DNA from: Myxococcota bacterium
Lineage (GTDB): Bacteria; Myxococcota_A; UBA9160; UBA6930
NCBI GenBank assembly: GCA_965223705.1
Contig: OZ245015.1
Location: 3,136,001 to 3,200,000, forward strand
Direction of reading: 5' to 3'
Length of the DNA stretch: 64,000 nucleotides
Shown here: positions 54,541 through 64,000 of the stretch, piece by piece
Numbering within the stretch: the first letter of the stretch is position 1
Layout: the number at the start of each line of letters is the position of its first letter
Translations under genes and position numbers: made by a program
Notes under the pieces: model-generated
The model's input: only the letters and a program-made list of their open reading frames with translations
The model's database searches: none
What the model was told of the DNA's origin: nothing

Positions 54541-55935
54541 ATGTCGTCCACCCTTGCTCGGGCCCGCTTGAGTCTCGGCTGCCTACTGTTGGCGAGCAGC
54601 GTCGCATGCGCTGACGCAGCCCCGTCGGGCACCGCTGTGTCCACCGGGAACGAGGTCTTGCCGCTCGATCTCTTCTTTCCGCTGTTTCATCCAGAGACTG
54701 CGGTCTATGCCTCGGCGGCGAACGCGATCTTTTCGGAATGGGATGTCGCCAACGCACCGCTCGTCCTCGAGGCAATGCGCTTTTCTCCCCACGCCGACGA
54801 TCTCCTCGCCCGCCTCGAAAAAGTGACCGGCGAGTCATTCGGTGGCGATTTCCACCGTGCGTTTCGCTGGCTGTGGAATCAACCGATCGAACCGCACCCG
54901 GAGTATGCGCGCTGGAAATCGAAGCTTTACGGAGAGATCGATCCCCGCTTTTCCGTGCACTTCGACCGCGTTGGCGACGCTCGAATACGCCTCGACGAGA
55001 TTCTCTGGGGAGGCGTGGCGCGCGACGGGATCCCTCCGCTCGAGTACCCGGACCTCGTTGCCGCCGATGCCGCCGGCTACTTGGGTAGCTCCGACGTCGT
55101 CTTCGGGCTGTTCATCGACGGCGAGGCCCGGGCCTACCCGAAGAGAATACTCGCGTGGCACGAGCTCGTTCGAGATCGAATCGGCGAGGTCGAGATCACC
55201 GGGGTGTACTGCACCCTGTGCGGCGCCATGATCGCGTACGAGAGCGAGATCGACGGGCGTCGGTTCCGCCTCGGTACCAGTGGTTTTCTCTACCGCTCGA
55301 ACAAGTTGATGTACGACCACGAGACCGAGTCGCTCTGGTCGACGTTGACGGGCGAGCCGGTCCTAGGCGCCCTCGCCGGTACGTCACTTCGTCTGGTTCC
55401 CCGCCCGACGGTCACCACGACGTGGGGAGCTTGGAAAGACGCCCATCCGCAGACGAAGGTCTTGAGCATCGACACCGGGCACATTCGAGATTACAGCGAA
55501 GGCGCCGCCTACCGTGAATACTTCGCGACCGATGAACTCATGTTCGCGACACCGCGTCTCGACTCGCGGTTGCGGAACAAGGACGAAGTGCTCGTCCTTC
55601 GATTCGGCCGTCCGGGAACCGCCCCGGCGGCCATCGATCGCGCGACACTTCCGCCACACTCGATCTACGGCGGAACTCACGGTGGTGTCGACTACACGGT
55701 CTTCACCGACCGCTCCGGTGCCCACCGAATCTACGCCGTCGGGGGCTTCGACGATGCGACCTACGACGGCGGCCGTCGCGCGCGAGACGCGACCGGCCGC
55801 TCTTGGTCGCTGTCCGAGCAAACACTGACGGGCACCGACGGCACGGCGCACGAGCGTTTGCCCGCGCACCGCGCCTTCTGGTTCGGTTGGTTCGCGGCCT
55901 ATCCCGGCACGGAGCTCATCCGGGCAGATGAATGA
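54541..55935 (+). CDS. DUF3179 domain protein (exported)
   Basis: WGGV.RDGIP.L..P, RAYP.RIL.WHE, YCTLCG, GTSGFLYRSN.LMYD..TESLW, FWFGW..YP; start estimated. Confidence 0.88.
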   Translation: MSSTLARARLSLGCLLLASSVACADAAPSGTAVSTGNEVLPLDLFFPLFHPETAVYASAANAIFSEWDVANAPLVLEAMRFSPHADDLLARLEKVTGESFGGDFHRAFRWLWNQPIEPHPEYARWKSKLYGEIDPRFSVHFDRVGDARIRLDEILWGGVARDGIPPLEYPDLVAADAAGYLGSSDVVFGLFIDGEARAYPKRILAWHELVRDRIGEVEITGVYCTLCGAMIAYESEIDGRRFRLGTSGFLYRSNKLMYDHETESLWSTLTGEPVLGALAGTSLRLVPRPTVTTTWGAWKDAHPQTKVLSIDTGHIRDYSEGAAYREYFATDELMFATPRLDSRLRNKDEVLVLRFGRPGTAPAAIDRATLPPHSIYGGTHGGVDYTVFTDRSGAHRIYAVGGFDDATYDGGRRARDATGRSWSLSEQTLTGTDGTAHERLPAHRAFWFGWFAAYPGTELIRADE

Positions 55936-55939
55936 AAGC

Positions 55940-56569
55940 TCAGTCGCTGGATTCCCAGGCGTTCCAGTACATGACCTCGGACGCGGGTCGTCTCTCTGCG
56001 CGCCGCAGCGTCGCGCCCGCCGTGTGGCCCACGGGCAATAGGACCGTGGGCGTTACGTGGGGCGGAATCGAGAGCAACTCCGCGACTTCGCGGTCGTGGC
56101 GGCCCAAGAGCGTCGTCCACGTCGACCCCAGGCCCCGCGTGCGCAGTGCCACCATCAACGACCATGCGGCGGGCAGAATCGATCCGTAGAAACCGAGCTG
56201 TCGCGACAGCTCCTCGGGGGGCCGGCCCTCGGTACAGACGAGAATCAACACCGGAAAATCCTGCAGGCGGTCGGCGAGAAAGCGATAATTCGGCGACAGT
56301 GTTTCCGGAGCGTTTCCCGCTGCTTGCATCTCCTTGAGGCGGAGTTCCATGAACTCGTCGAAGGCGCGGCGATAGAGGTCGGCCAGTCCCGACTTGAGCT
56401 CGGGCTCCGTCACGAACACGAATCTCCACGCTTCGCGGCCGACTCCCGTGGGCGCTTGGACCGCGATCTCGACGCACTCTTCGAGGAGCTGCGGCGATAC
56501 GGGTCGCGAGAAATCGATGCGTCTGCGCACCGAGCGCGTCGTGGCGAGCGCTTCGTCCGCGTCGATCAC
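55940..56569 (-). CDS. Nitroreductase family protein
   Basis: TTRSVRRR, QAPTG, GSILPAAWSLMVALR.RGLGS; GTGA overlap with the upstream gene. Confidence 0.88.
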   Translation of the reverse strand: MIDADEALATTRSVRRRIDFSRPVSPQLLEECVEIAVQAPTGVGREAWRFVFVTEPELKSGLADLYRRAFDEFMELRLKEMQAAGNAPETLSPNYRFLADRLQDFPVLILVCTEGRPPEELSRQLGFYGSILPAAWSLMVALRTRGLGSTWTTLLGRHDREVAELLSIPPHVTPTVLLPVGHTAGATLRRAERRPASEVMYWNAWESSD

Positions 56570-58038
56570 AGCGCGGCCGCGGCCTCTCCGGCGGCGCGAC
56601 CGAACACCGCTCCCGACGTGAGGCCGGACCCGCCGGGGTACATCGAGTAGAAGATGCCGCCGACCGCTTCGCCCGCCGCGAACAGGCCCGGCACGGGAGT
56701 ACCATCCCCCCGCAGAACAGACCCACGCGGATCGACCCGGAGCCCGCCGTAAGTGAACGTGATCCCGCACGTGACGCGAAACGCCGTGTACGGAGGCGAG
56801 TCGAGGGGCAACGCCCAGTTCGACTTCGGCGGTGTGATCCCGCGCGTCGCGCAACCGTCTTTCTTCGTCGGATCGAAGCGATCCGTCGGACCCGCTGCTT
56901 CGTTGTAGGCGCGCAGCGTGTCCAGGGCCCGCTTCCCATCTACGCCGGAAAGGGCGGCGCACAAAGCGGGCAGCGTCGCGGCTTGTGTGCGGGTCGCGCC
57001 TTCCGCGGCGTAGTCGTCGTAGAGGAGCGGGAGACTCTTCGCATCGAAGATCTGCCATGCGAACGCTCCGGGTTGCTCGAGCACAGCGCGACCGTACTGG
57101 GCATACGTGTAGTTCCGAAAATCCGCCCCCTCATCGACGAAGCGGCGTCCCTCGGCGTTGAGCATCACTCCGAAGGGGTAGCTGATCTTTCGAAACTTGC
57201 GCCTTTCGATGTGGGGAATCGGCGAGTCCTCGAAATTCGGTGTCGAGACGTCCATGCAGACGGCGTGACAGGCTGCGAAATCGCCCTCCGTCGCGGCGCC
57301 GACCGCGCGCGCCATCGTCAAGGCAGCTCCGCGGTTGTAGGGTGTCCCGCGGACGGTCGCCTGCCGCCAGGGCGCGCCCAAGTGGGCGGCGCGAAGCTCC
57401 GCGTTCGCTTCGAACCCGCCACATGCGAGAACGACGGCGCGCGCGGCGACCACCTCGCCGCCGGCGAGTTCGACTCCTGCGACGGCGTCGTCTCGCACGA
57501 CCAAAGCCTCGACCGGCGCTCGCAAGCGGATTTCTACGCCGGCACCCGCAGCAATATCCGCCAGCTTTGCGACCAAGCCCTCCCCTTCGCCACGGGCGCC
57601 GAGTACGACACCGCCCCAAAAATGGAAACGGCCGTCGCGCTCGAAGGCCTGACGTTCGTAGATCGGATCGAACGCGATGCCGAGCTCGGACAGCCATGCA
57701 ACCGCGCCGTAGCTGCGCTCGACGAGGCTCCGTTGCAGGGGCTTCGCGCCTCCGTCCTGTCCCCGGCAGAGGTCGGCGAGGAACTGCGCCTCAGAATAAG
57801 CGCCGAAATCGCTGCGGCCGATCCGTGAATCCGCCTCGGGTTCGATTAACGCCGCGAGCTCCTCGGGTGAAGCGAAAGCGAAGCGCATCGCGCCAGCGGT
57901 GTAGCGGGAGTTTCCGCCGAAATCGGCTTCGCCCCCCGCTTCAAAGACACACACGTGGGCGCCGGCGCGACGCGCGCTGATGGCGGCGCACAGTGCCGCG
58001 TTCCCGCTTCCCACCACCGCGACATCGATACGACGCAA
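56566..58038 (-). CDS. FAD-dependent tricarballylate dehydrogenase (TcuA)-like flavoprotein
   Basis: VVGSGNAA, GGNSRYTAGAMR, ACGGFEAN, RGTPYN.G, RFVDEG, GITFTYGG, YPGGSGLTSGAVFG. Confidence 0.85.
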   Translation of the reverse strand: MRRIDVAVVGSGNAALCAAISARRAGAHVCVFEAGGEADFGGNSRYTAGAMRFAFASPEELAALIEPEADSRIGRSDFGAYSEAQFLADLCRGQDGGAKPLQRSLVERSYGAVAWLSELGIAFDPIYERQAFERDGRFHFWGGVVLGARGEGEGLVAKLADIAAGAGVEIRLRAPVEALVVRDDAVAGVELAGGEVVAARAVVLACGGFEANAELRAAHLGAPWRQATVRGTPYNRGAALTMARAVGAATEGDFAACHAVCMDVSTPNFEDSPIPHIERRKFRKISYPFGVMLNAEGRRFVDEGADFRNYTYAQYGRAVLEQPGAFAWQIFDAKSLPLLYDDYAAEGATRTQAATLPALCAALSGVDGKRALDTLRAYNEAAGPTDRFDPTKKDGCATRGITPPKSNWALPLDSPPYTAFRVTCGITFTYGGLRVDPRGSVLRGDGTPVPGLFAAGEAVGGIFYSMYPGGSGLTSGAVFGRAAGEAAAAL

Positions 58039-58062
58039 GGAAACCGACCGACCCCGCGCCGA

Positions 58063-59205
58063 CTAGCGAAGCGAGCGGAACGCTTCGCGCACCTCTCGGA
58101 CGAAGATCTCCGGCTGCTCGAAAGCGGCGAAATGACCGCCTTTGTCGAGTGTGTTGAAGTAGATGAGATCGGTGTAGCGAGATTCGACCCAGCGCTTCGA
58201 CGCGCGAAAGATCTCCTTCGGGAAAATGCTGACTCCGGTGGGGAGCGTCACCGGAAGGAGTTCCTCACTCAGGATTCCGAAGCTCTGCCAATAGAGCCGC
58301 GCGGACGACGCGCCGCTATTCGTGAGCCAGTACATCATGATGTCGTCGAGCATTTCGTCGCGGGTGAGCACGTTTTCGGGGTGGCCGTCGCAATCGGTCC
58401 ACTGGAAGAACTTCTCGAGGATCCACGCCATCTGTCCGACCGGCGAGTCGGCGAGTCCGTAGCCCAAGGTTTGTGGCCGCGTGCTCTGTTCTTTCGAATA
58501 GCCCGAGTCGTGATCCCAATAGAACTGGCCACTCGCCAGTGCGGCTTCTTCAAAGGGTGTCAGGTTCTCCAAAAGATCCGGTGTCGGACTCACGAGCGGC
58601 ATGTTCAGATGAATCCCGGCGCAGTGTTCGGTCTCGGTAATGCCGATGCTCGTCGTCACCGCAGCACCCCAGTCGCCGCCTTGCGCCACGTAGCGGTCGT
58701 AGCCGAGCCGGGCCATCAACTCGCCCCACGCACTCCCGATTCGCTCGACACCCCAGCCGGGGGCGGTGGGCTTGTCCGAGAAGCCGTACCCGGGAAGCGT
58801 CGGACAGACGACGTGAAAAGCGTCGGACGCTTCGCCGCCGTGCGACGCCGGGTCGGACAGCGGGCCGATCACCTTCATGAACTCGACCACCGAGCCCGGC
58901 CAACCGTGGGTCATCACGAGCGGCAGTGCGTTCTCATTCGGCGAACGGACATGCAGGAAATGGATGCCCAAACCATCGACCTCGAGCTTCCACTGGGGAA
59001 ACGCGTTCAGCGCGTTTTCACAACGCCGCCAGTCGTACTTTTCGGCCCAGTAGGCGGCGACATCCTTCACGTAGTCGAGCGGTACACCCTGGCTCCAATC
59101 GTCGGGCGTCTCCCGGTCCGGCCAGCGCGTCAACGCGAGGCGCTGGCGCAATTGCTCGAGCTCGGTCTCGGGTACGTCGATCCGAAAAGACGAAGGTTCA
59201 CTCAT
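58063..59205 (-). CDS. Epoxide hydrolase (microsomal-type, EHN domain)
   Basis: YDWR, HGWPGS, PGYGFS, QGGDWG, GGHFAAFEQP. Confidence 0.94.
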   Translation of the reverse strand: MSEPSSFRIDVPETELEQLRQRLALTRWPDRETPDDWSQGVPLDYVKDVAAYWAEKYDWRRCENALNAFPQWKLEVDGLGIHFLHVRSPNENALPLVMTHGWPGSVVEFMKVIGPLSDPASHGGEASDAFHVVCPTLPGYGFSDKPTAPGWGVERIGSAWGELMARLGYDRYVAQGGDWGAAVTTSIGITETEHCAGIHLNMPLVSPTPDLLENLTPFEEAALASGQFYWDHDSGYSKEQSTRPQTLGYGLADSPVGQMAWILEKFFQWTDCDGHPENVLTRDEMLDDIMMYWLTNSGASSARLYWQSFGILSEELLPVTLPTGVSIFPKEIFRASKRWVESRYTDLIYFNTLDKGGHFAAFEQPEIFVREVREAFRSLR

Positions 59206-59339
59206 GGTGTTCTCCCGGCGCGGCGGTTGCGCGTGAGCCGCGTGCCCACTTCGAGGTTACCTTGGATGCGCCGCACAAATCACGTGTCGGCGATGGTAAG
59301 GTAGGCGTTGCCCCGATTTCCGGCGGAGGGACCCAGTTC

Positions 59340-60482
59340 ATGCGGCTGATCGGCCTACGCGAGCAAGCGGCCAACGAGCGACGCGTGTCGATCACGCCCG
59401 AGAGCGCGCGCGGCTTGATCCAGGCGGGTTTCGAGGTCGCCATCGAGGCCGGAGCCGGGGTCGATGCCAGTTTCGACGACGATGAATACCGCGAGCAGGG
59501 CGTCGCGATCGAAACCGATCGCCGCGAGCTGATTGCATCGGCCGATGTTTGGCTGGCGGTGGGTGCCCCCTCGCTCGAGGAACTCGCCCCTTTTCGAGCG
59601 AACGGGCTCCTGGTGGGGTTCCTTCGACCTTTCGACGATCCGGCCTACGCCGCCGACGTCGCGAAGCGCGGCATGACGAGTTTCGCGATGGAGCTCCTTC
59701 CGCGCACGACCCGTGCTCAGGCGATGGATGCGCTGTCTTCCCAAGCGTCCATTGCGGGCTATCGCGCAGTCATCCTCGCGGCGGCCCATCAGACCAAGGT
59801 GTTTCCGATGATGACCACTCCGGCGGGAACGATCCCTCCGGCGCGGGTACTCGTCGTCGGCGCCGGCGTCGCCGGGCTCCAAGCCATTGCGACGGCCCAC
59901 CGGCTCGGAGCGCGGGTCGAGGCCTACGACACCCGTCCCGCGGTCAAAGAACAAGTCGAGAGCTTGGGAGCTCGCTTTCTCGAGCTTGAGCTCGATGCGT
60001 CCGACGGCGAAGCCGAAGGCGGGTACGCGAAGGCGCAAAGTGACGAGTTCTTGAAACGTCAGCGCGAGCTCTTCGCCGAGCGCCTGCGCGATTTCGACGT
60101 CGTCGTGACGACAGCCCTCGTGCCCGGTCGGCCGGCACCGGTGCTCATCGAGCGCTCCGCGGTCGACGCAATGCATACCGGGGCCGTGATCATGGACTTG
60201 GCCGCTCCCAACGGCGGGAACTGCGAGCTGACCCGCGCCGACGAAGAAGTCGTGCACGGCGGTGTCCATATCTTCGGGCCGACGAATCTCGCATCGGAAT
60301 CCGCGCGAGGCGCGAGTCGGATGTATTCTCGAAATCTACTCGCTCTGATGAAGCACTTGTCCGAGGACGGGCAGCTCAACCTCGACTTCGACGACGAAAT
60401 TATCGGTGGCGCTGTCCTGACTCATGACGGCGAGGTCGTTCCCAAAGCGGTCCTCGAACGCATCAAGGAGGCCTCGATTTGA
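59340..60482 (+). CDS. pntA: NAD(P) transhydrogenase subunit alpha, part 1 (soluble dI)
   Basis: ERRV, RAQAMDALSS, GAGVAGLQA, GGYAK, GGNC. Confidence 0.95.
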   Translation: MRLIGLREQAANERRVSITPESARGLIQAGFEVAIEAGAGVDASFDDDEYREQGVAIETDRRELIASADVWLAVGAPSLEELAPFRANGLLVGFLRPFDDPAYAADVAKRGMTSFAMELLPRTTRAQAMDALSSQASIAGYRAVILAAAHQTKVFPMMTTPAGTIPPARVLVVGAGVAGLQAIATAHRLGARVEAYDTRPAVKEQVESLGARFLELELDASDGEAEGGYAKAQSDEFLKRQRELFAERLRDFDVVVTTALVPGRPAPVLIERSAVDAMHTGAVIMDLAAPNGGNCELTRADEEVVHGGVHIFGPTNLASESARGASRMYSRNLLALMKHLSEDGQLNLDFDDEIIGGAVLTHDGEVVPKAVLERIKEASI

Positions 60483-60769
60483 TCGACGACCCCGCAGTCG
60501 CACTGACGATCCTCGTGCTCGCGCTCTTCGTCGGCGTCGAGATCATTTCCAAGGTCCCCACGTTGCTGCACACACCGCTCATGAGCGGCTCCAATGCGAT
60601 CTCCGGGATCACGGTGGTCGGCGCGATCCTCGCGGCGGGTTCCGGAGAAGGCGATTGGGCCGCGTGGCTCGGCTTTCTCGCCATCGTCCTCGCCACGATC
60701 AACGTGGTCGGCGGCTTTCTGGTGACCCAGCGAATGCTCGCGATGTTCCGGGGCAAGAACCAGTCATGA
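60479..60769 (+). CDS. pntA: NAD(P) transhydrogenase subunit alpha, part 2 (membrane)
   Basis: LHTPLMSGSNAISG, NVVGGFLVTQRML. Confidence 0.95.
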   Translation: MIDDPAVALTILVLALFVGVEIISKVPTLLHTPLMSGSNAISGITVVGAILAAGSGEGDWAAWLGFLAIVLATINVVGGFLVTQRMLAMFRGKNQS

Positions 60770-62148
60770 GCCAGTGGGCCGCCTTCGCGTATCTCGCCGC
60801 TGCCGTTCTCTTCATCCTCGGCATCAAGGGGCTCGGTTCTGCGAAAACCGCGCGGTCGGGGAATGCCATGGCGGCACTCGGGATGCTGATCGCCATCGTC
60901 GCGACGCTGAGTCTCGCGCGCGTCGTGAGTTACAGCTTGATCGTCACCGGTGTCGCGGTGGGCGCGGTCATCGGGGCCGTCGTCGCGCGTCGCATCGAAA
61001 TGACGGCCATGCCCGAAATGGTCGCGCTGCTGAATGGCTTCGGCGGCGCGGCGTCGGCGTTGGTCGGTATGTCGGAATACATCCATCGTCAGCAGACCGC
61101 CTCCGACGGCGCGACCATGGTGTCGGTTGCCATCGTGCTGTCGCTGCTGATCGGCGGCCTGACGCTTACCGGTAGCCTGATCGCCTTTTCGAAGCTTCGC
61201 GGCGTTTTGACGTCCCAGCCGATCACGTACGGCGGCCAACAGGTCGCGAACGCTCTGATCTTGCTGGCGGCCCTGGGCCTCGGCTACGCGGTGGCAACCT
61301 CCGGGTTCTCCGGGCCGCTCCTCTTCGCCCTCCTTGTCGTTTCCCTGGGGCTGGGCGTCCTCGCCGTGTTGCCCATCGGCGGCGGCGACATGCCCGTCGT
61401 CATCTCGCTGCTGAATTCCTACTCGGGGCTCGCGGCGTGTGCCACCGGATTCGTCCTGGGCAACGGCGGCTTGATCATCAGCGGCTCACTGGTCGGGGCG
61501 TCGGGCCTGATCCTGACCAAGCAAATGTGCGAAGGAATGAACCGGTCCCTCGCAAACGTGCTGTTCAGCGCCTTTGGCAAGCCGGTCGAGCAGGTGGCGG
61601 GGGACGCTGAGGACCGGACCGTCCGCTCCTGTACCGTGGAAGACGCCGCCATCATCTTCGGCAGTGCCCAGCGGTGTGTGATGGTTCCCGGCTACGGGCT
61701 GGCGGTGGCTCAAGCCCAGCACGCAGCGCAAGAACTCGCCGAAACCCTCGAGGAGCGCGGCATTGCTGTCAGCTACGCGATCCATCCGGTCGCGGGGCGC
61801 ATGCCGGGACACATGAACGTCCTTCTCGCCGAAGCGAGCGTCCCCTACGAGCAACTTGTCGAAATGGACGAGATCAATCCCGAATTCAGCGAGACCGACG
61901 TCGCGCTCGTGATCGGCGCGAACGACGTGGTCAACCCCGCCGCGCGCAAGGACGAATCGAGTCCGATCTACGGAATGCCGATTCTCGACGTGGACTACGC
62001 CCGAAACGTGTTCGTGATCAAACGGAGCATGAACCCGGGCTTCGCAGGGATCGAGAACCCGCTCTTTTACAACGACAACACGATGATGATCTTCGGCGAC
62101 GCGAAGAGCGTGCTGCTCAACCTCGTCGCGGCGACGAAGGACGCTTAG
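60766..62148 (+). CDS. pntB: NAD(P) transhydrogenase subunit beta
   Basis: MTAMPEMVALLNGFGG, GGGDMPVVISLLNSYSG, HPVAGRMPGHMNVLLAEA, GANDVVNP, GDAK. Confidence 0.96.
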   Translation: MSQWAAFAYLAAAVLFILGIKGLGSAKTARSGNAMAALGMLIAIVATLSLARVVSYSLIVTGVAVGAVIGAVVARRIEMTAMPEMVALLNGFGGAASALVGMSEYIHRQQTASDGATMVSVAIVLSLLIGGLTLTGSLIAFSKLRGVLTSQPITYGGQQVANALILLAALGLGYAVATSGFSGPLLFALLVVSLGLGVLAVLPIGGGDMPVVISLLNSYSGLAACATGFVLGNGGLIISGSLVGASGLILTKQMCEGMNRSLANVLFSAFGKPVEQVAGDAEDRTVRSCTVEDAAIIFGSAQRCVMVPGYGLAVAQAQHAAQELAETLEERGIAVSYAIHPVAGRMPGHMNVLLAEASVPYEQLVEMDEINPEFSETDVALVIGANDVVNPAARKDESSPIYGMPILDVDYARNVFVIKRSMNPGFAGIENPLFYNDNTMMIFGDAKSVLLNLVAATKDA

Positions 62149-62178
62149 CGCGGGACATCGAGGCGCCCCTTAGGCGCA

Positions 62179-63027
62179 CTAGCCCATGAAGCTGTCGAGG
62201 ACTTCCTGGTAGCCGGCCCTGTGCTGCTCGAGGTAGATCCCGTCGAGGGGGGAAGGCTTGGGCTCTCCGGTGGCTTCCTTGAGCTTGGCTGGCGCCCGGT
62301 AGATCAACCCCGACGGCACGTGGCCCTCTTCGTAGAGCTCCATACACCGGTTCAGCGCCGCGACGCGATCGCTCGCGTCGTAAGAGGCGTCCTGATCGAC
62401 GTCGACGAGGGTCGAAGGCCACTCGTGGTAGTTGTCGTTGTAGGTCACGCAGGGCGAAATCACCTCGAGGTAGGCGAAGCCCTGGCCCGCGCGAGCGTGA
62501 TTGATGGCGGCATCGGTCAGATTCGCCAGCTGATCCGGCGCTCCGCTGTAGCCGCGGGCGAGGAACGTCGTCCCGGGAATCGTGAGCCCGATCTTGACCG
62601 GATCCATCATGCTCTGGTTCTGGTAACCGCCACCGAAGCTCGGGGACGGCTGCCCTTTCGTGAGCCCGTAGGTCTCGTTGTTCATCACGATGTACGTAAC
62701 GTTCGCGTTGGTCCGGAACGCGTGCATGAGATGACCGCCGCCGATCGCAAAACCGTCGCCGTCGCCGCCGGCGGCGACCACCGTCAACTCCGGGTTCGCG
62801 AGTTTCGCGCCGATCGCGGAAGGCACGACGCGACCGTGAAGCGCGTGATACCCGTAGCTCGGCAGATGATTCTGGACCGTGCCAGAACACCCGATCCCGG
62901 CGAGCACGAGGGCCTCGTGACGGGGGATCCCCAGACGATCGAACGAAGCGTCGATGGCGGCGTGAACCCCAAAGTGGCCGCAGCCCGCGCACCAAATCGG
63001 CTGCTTCATCGGGAACGTTTCGGTCAT
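62179..63027 (-). CDS. 2-oxoacid:ferredoxin oxidoreductase beta subunit (TPP-binding)
   Basis: WCAGCG, GIGCS, HGR, GGDGD, NNETYGLTKGQPSP, SPCVTYN. Confidence 0.94.
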   Translation of the reverse strand: MTETFPMKQPIWCAGCGHFGVHAAIDASFDRLGIPRHEALVLAGIGCSGTVQNHLPSYGYHALHGRVVPSAIGAKLANPELTVVAAGGDGDGFAIGGGHLMHAFRTNANVTYIVMNNETYGLTKGQPSPSFGGGYQNQSMMDPVKIGLTIPGTTFLARGYSGAPDQLANLTDAAINHARAGQGFAYLEVISPCVTYNDNYHEWPSTLVDVDQDASYDASDRVAALNRCMELYEEGHVPSGLIYRAPAKLKEATGEPKPSPLDGIYLEQHRAGYQEVLDSFMG

Positions 63028-64000
63028 GATCGTGACTCCTCGCGGTGAATCTCTTTCGAGAGATCGATCGGGCGCAACGGCGTTCCGTCATAGCGCCGGA
63101 CGGAGTAGAGCTTTTCTTTCGGCGCTCCGGCATGCATCAAGATGCCCGTCAATTGTGCGCTCGCACTCTGGTTGATCACGTAGACGCGGTCTTTGCTCTC
63201 GATGAATTCAAGCGTCTCATCGAGGAGCGGCCAGAGCGTTCGAATGTTGTGAAGCTGCGCGGCGACGCCGACCTTTTCGAGCTCGTCGACCGTGTCGATG
63301 CTCGCGCCGTAACCCGAGCAGACGGCGATGATTCCGACCGAGGCGTTCGGATCGCCGTAGTGCCGCGCCTTCGGGAGATCGGGGGCCGCCGACTTGAGCT
63401 TTCGGGACCGCTTGTCGGACATCTGGATGCGGTTGCTCGGGTCCGTCGAGACCAGACCCCACTCGTTCCGCTCGTTGCCGGTGACCAGCGACTGTCCGCC
63501 GGGTGTGCCGGGTACGGTGTACGGCGACACACCGTCGTCCGTGATCTTGTAGCGCTGATACGATTCGAGCTTCGCGACATCCTCCGCAGAGAGCCGCTTT
63601 CCGACATCGATCTTGACGGCGTCGAGATCGAAGCGCGGAACGGTCGCGGTGTTCTGCGAAACGGCCTGGTCCGTAATGATGAACACGGGCATCTGATACT
63701 TTTGCGCGAGGTTGGTCGCTTCGACCGTGAGCCAAAAGCAATCCTCGGGATCGCCCAGCACCAGCACGATGCGCTCGAAGTCGCCGTTGCCACCGAAGCA
63801 GACCATGTTGAGATCGGCCTGCTCGGGCTTTGTCGGCATGCCCGTGCTCGGGCCCGATCGCTGTGTATCGACCACGACAAGCGGGATCTCGCCGCTCCCC
63901 GACTGGCTGATGCCTTCCTGCATCAACGCGATCCCCGGCCCCGACGAGCCGGTCATCGTCCGGACCCCCGTCAGCGCGGCGCCGAGCGCCATGTTCACCG
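63024..64000 (-). CDS. 2-oxoacid:ferredoxin oxidoreductase alpha subunit, 5'-truncated by window edge
   Basis: SSGPGIALMQE, QRSGPSTGMPTK.EQADL, ATNLAQKYQMPV. Confidence 0.93.
   Translation of the reverse strand, partial: VNMALGAALTGVRTMTGSSGPGIALMQEGISQSGSGEIPLVVVDTQRSGPSTGMPTKPEQADLNMVCFGGNGDFERIVLVLGDPEDCFWLTVEATNLAQKYQMPVFIITDQAVSQNTATVPRFDLDAVKIDVGKRLSAEDVAKLESYQRYKITDDGVSPYTVPGTPGGQSLVTGNERNEWGLVSTDPSNRIQMSDKRSRKLKSAAPDLPKARHYGDPNASVGIIAVCSGYGASIDTVDELEKVGVAAQLHNIRTLWPLLDETLEFIESKDRVYVINQSASAQLTGILMHAGAPKEKLYSVRRYDGTPLRPIDLSKEIHREESRS

Noticed and set aside
54541..55935. DUF3179 as a second selenoprotein
   Set aside because: The ORF is uninterrupted; its CxxC uses Cys codons and the terminal TGA follows the normal family C-terminus
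1..64000. CRISPR arrays, tRNA/rRNA, IS elements, prophage or defence systems
   Set aside because: No regularly spaced repeats, RNA-gene signatures, transposase/integrase or nuclease motifs seen by eye; a tRNAscan/Infernal run would be needed to exclude small RNAs formally

Overview
High-GC (roughly two-thirds G+C by eye), densely coding bacterial chromosomal segment with about 63 protein genes. I saw no rRNA, tRNA, CRISPR array, integrase or transposase. Outer-membrane beta-barrel and LolA-like genes indicate a diderm. The excess of SDRs, luciferase-like monooxygenases, nitroreductases, acyl-CoA enzymes and Rieske/VOC oxygenases resembles uncultured Myxococcota/Binatia-like catabolic generalists (inference only). 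Core metabolism is represented by a tungsten-type AOR with a MoaD-like partner, a three-gene proton-translocating transhydrogenase and a 2-oxoacid:ferredoxin oxidoreductase. Main observations: (1) an ArsC/Spx-like selenoprotein split by the ORF caller at an in-frame UGA (UxxC motif, SECIS-like hairpin) at 54105-54446; (2) a translationally coupled cassette of sterol-desaturase-family protein, unknown membrane-anchored protein and HTTM (vitamin-K-carboxylase-like)-DCC1 CxxC fusion at 7286-9758; (3) a two-subunit N,N-dimethylformamidase-like enzyme between a CoA-transferase and an acyl-CoA dehydrogenase; (4) twin Fur-type boxes before a porin; (5) a probably leaderless Coq4-like gene head-to-head with a TetR; (6) a +1 frameshift removing the catalytic His of a MetX-like hydrolase. 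All product calls come from recalled motifs; no database search was run.
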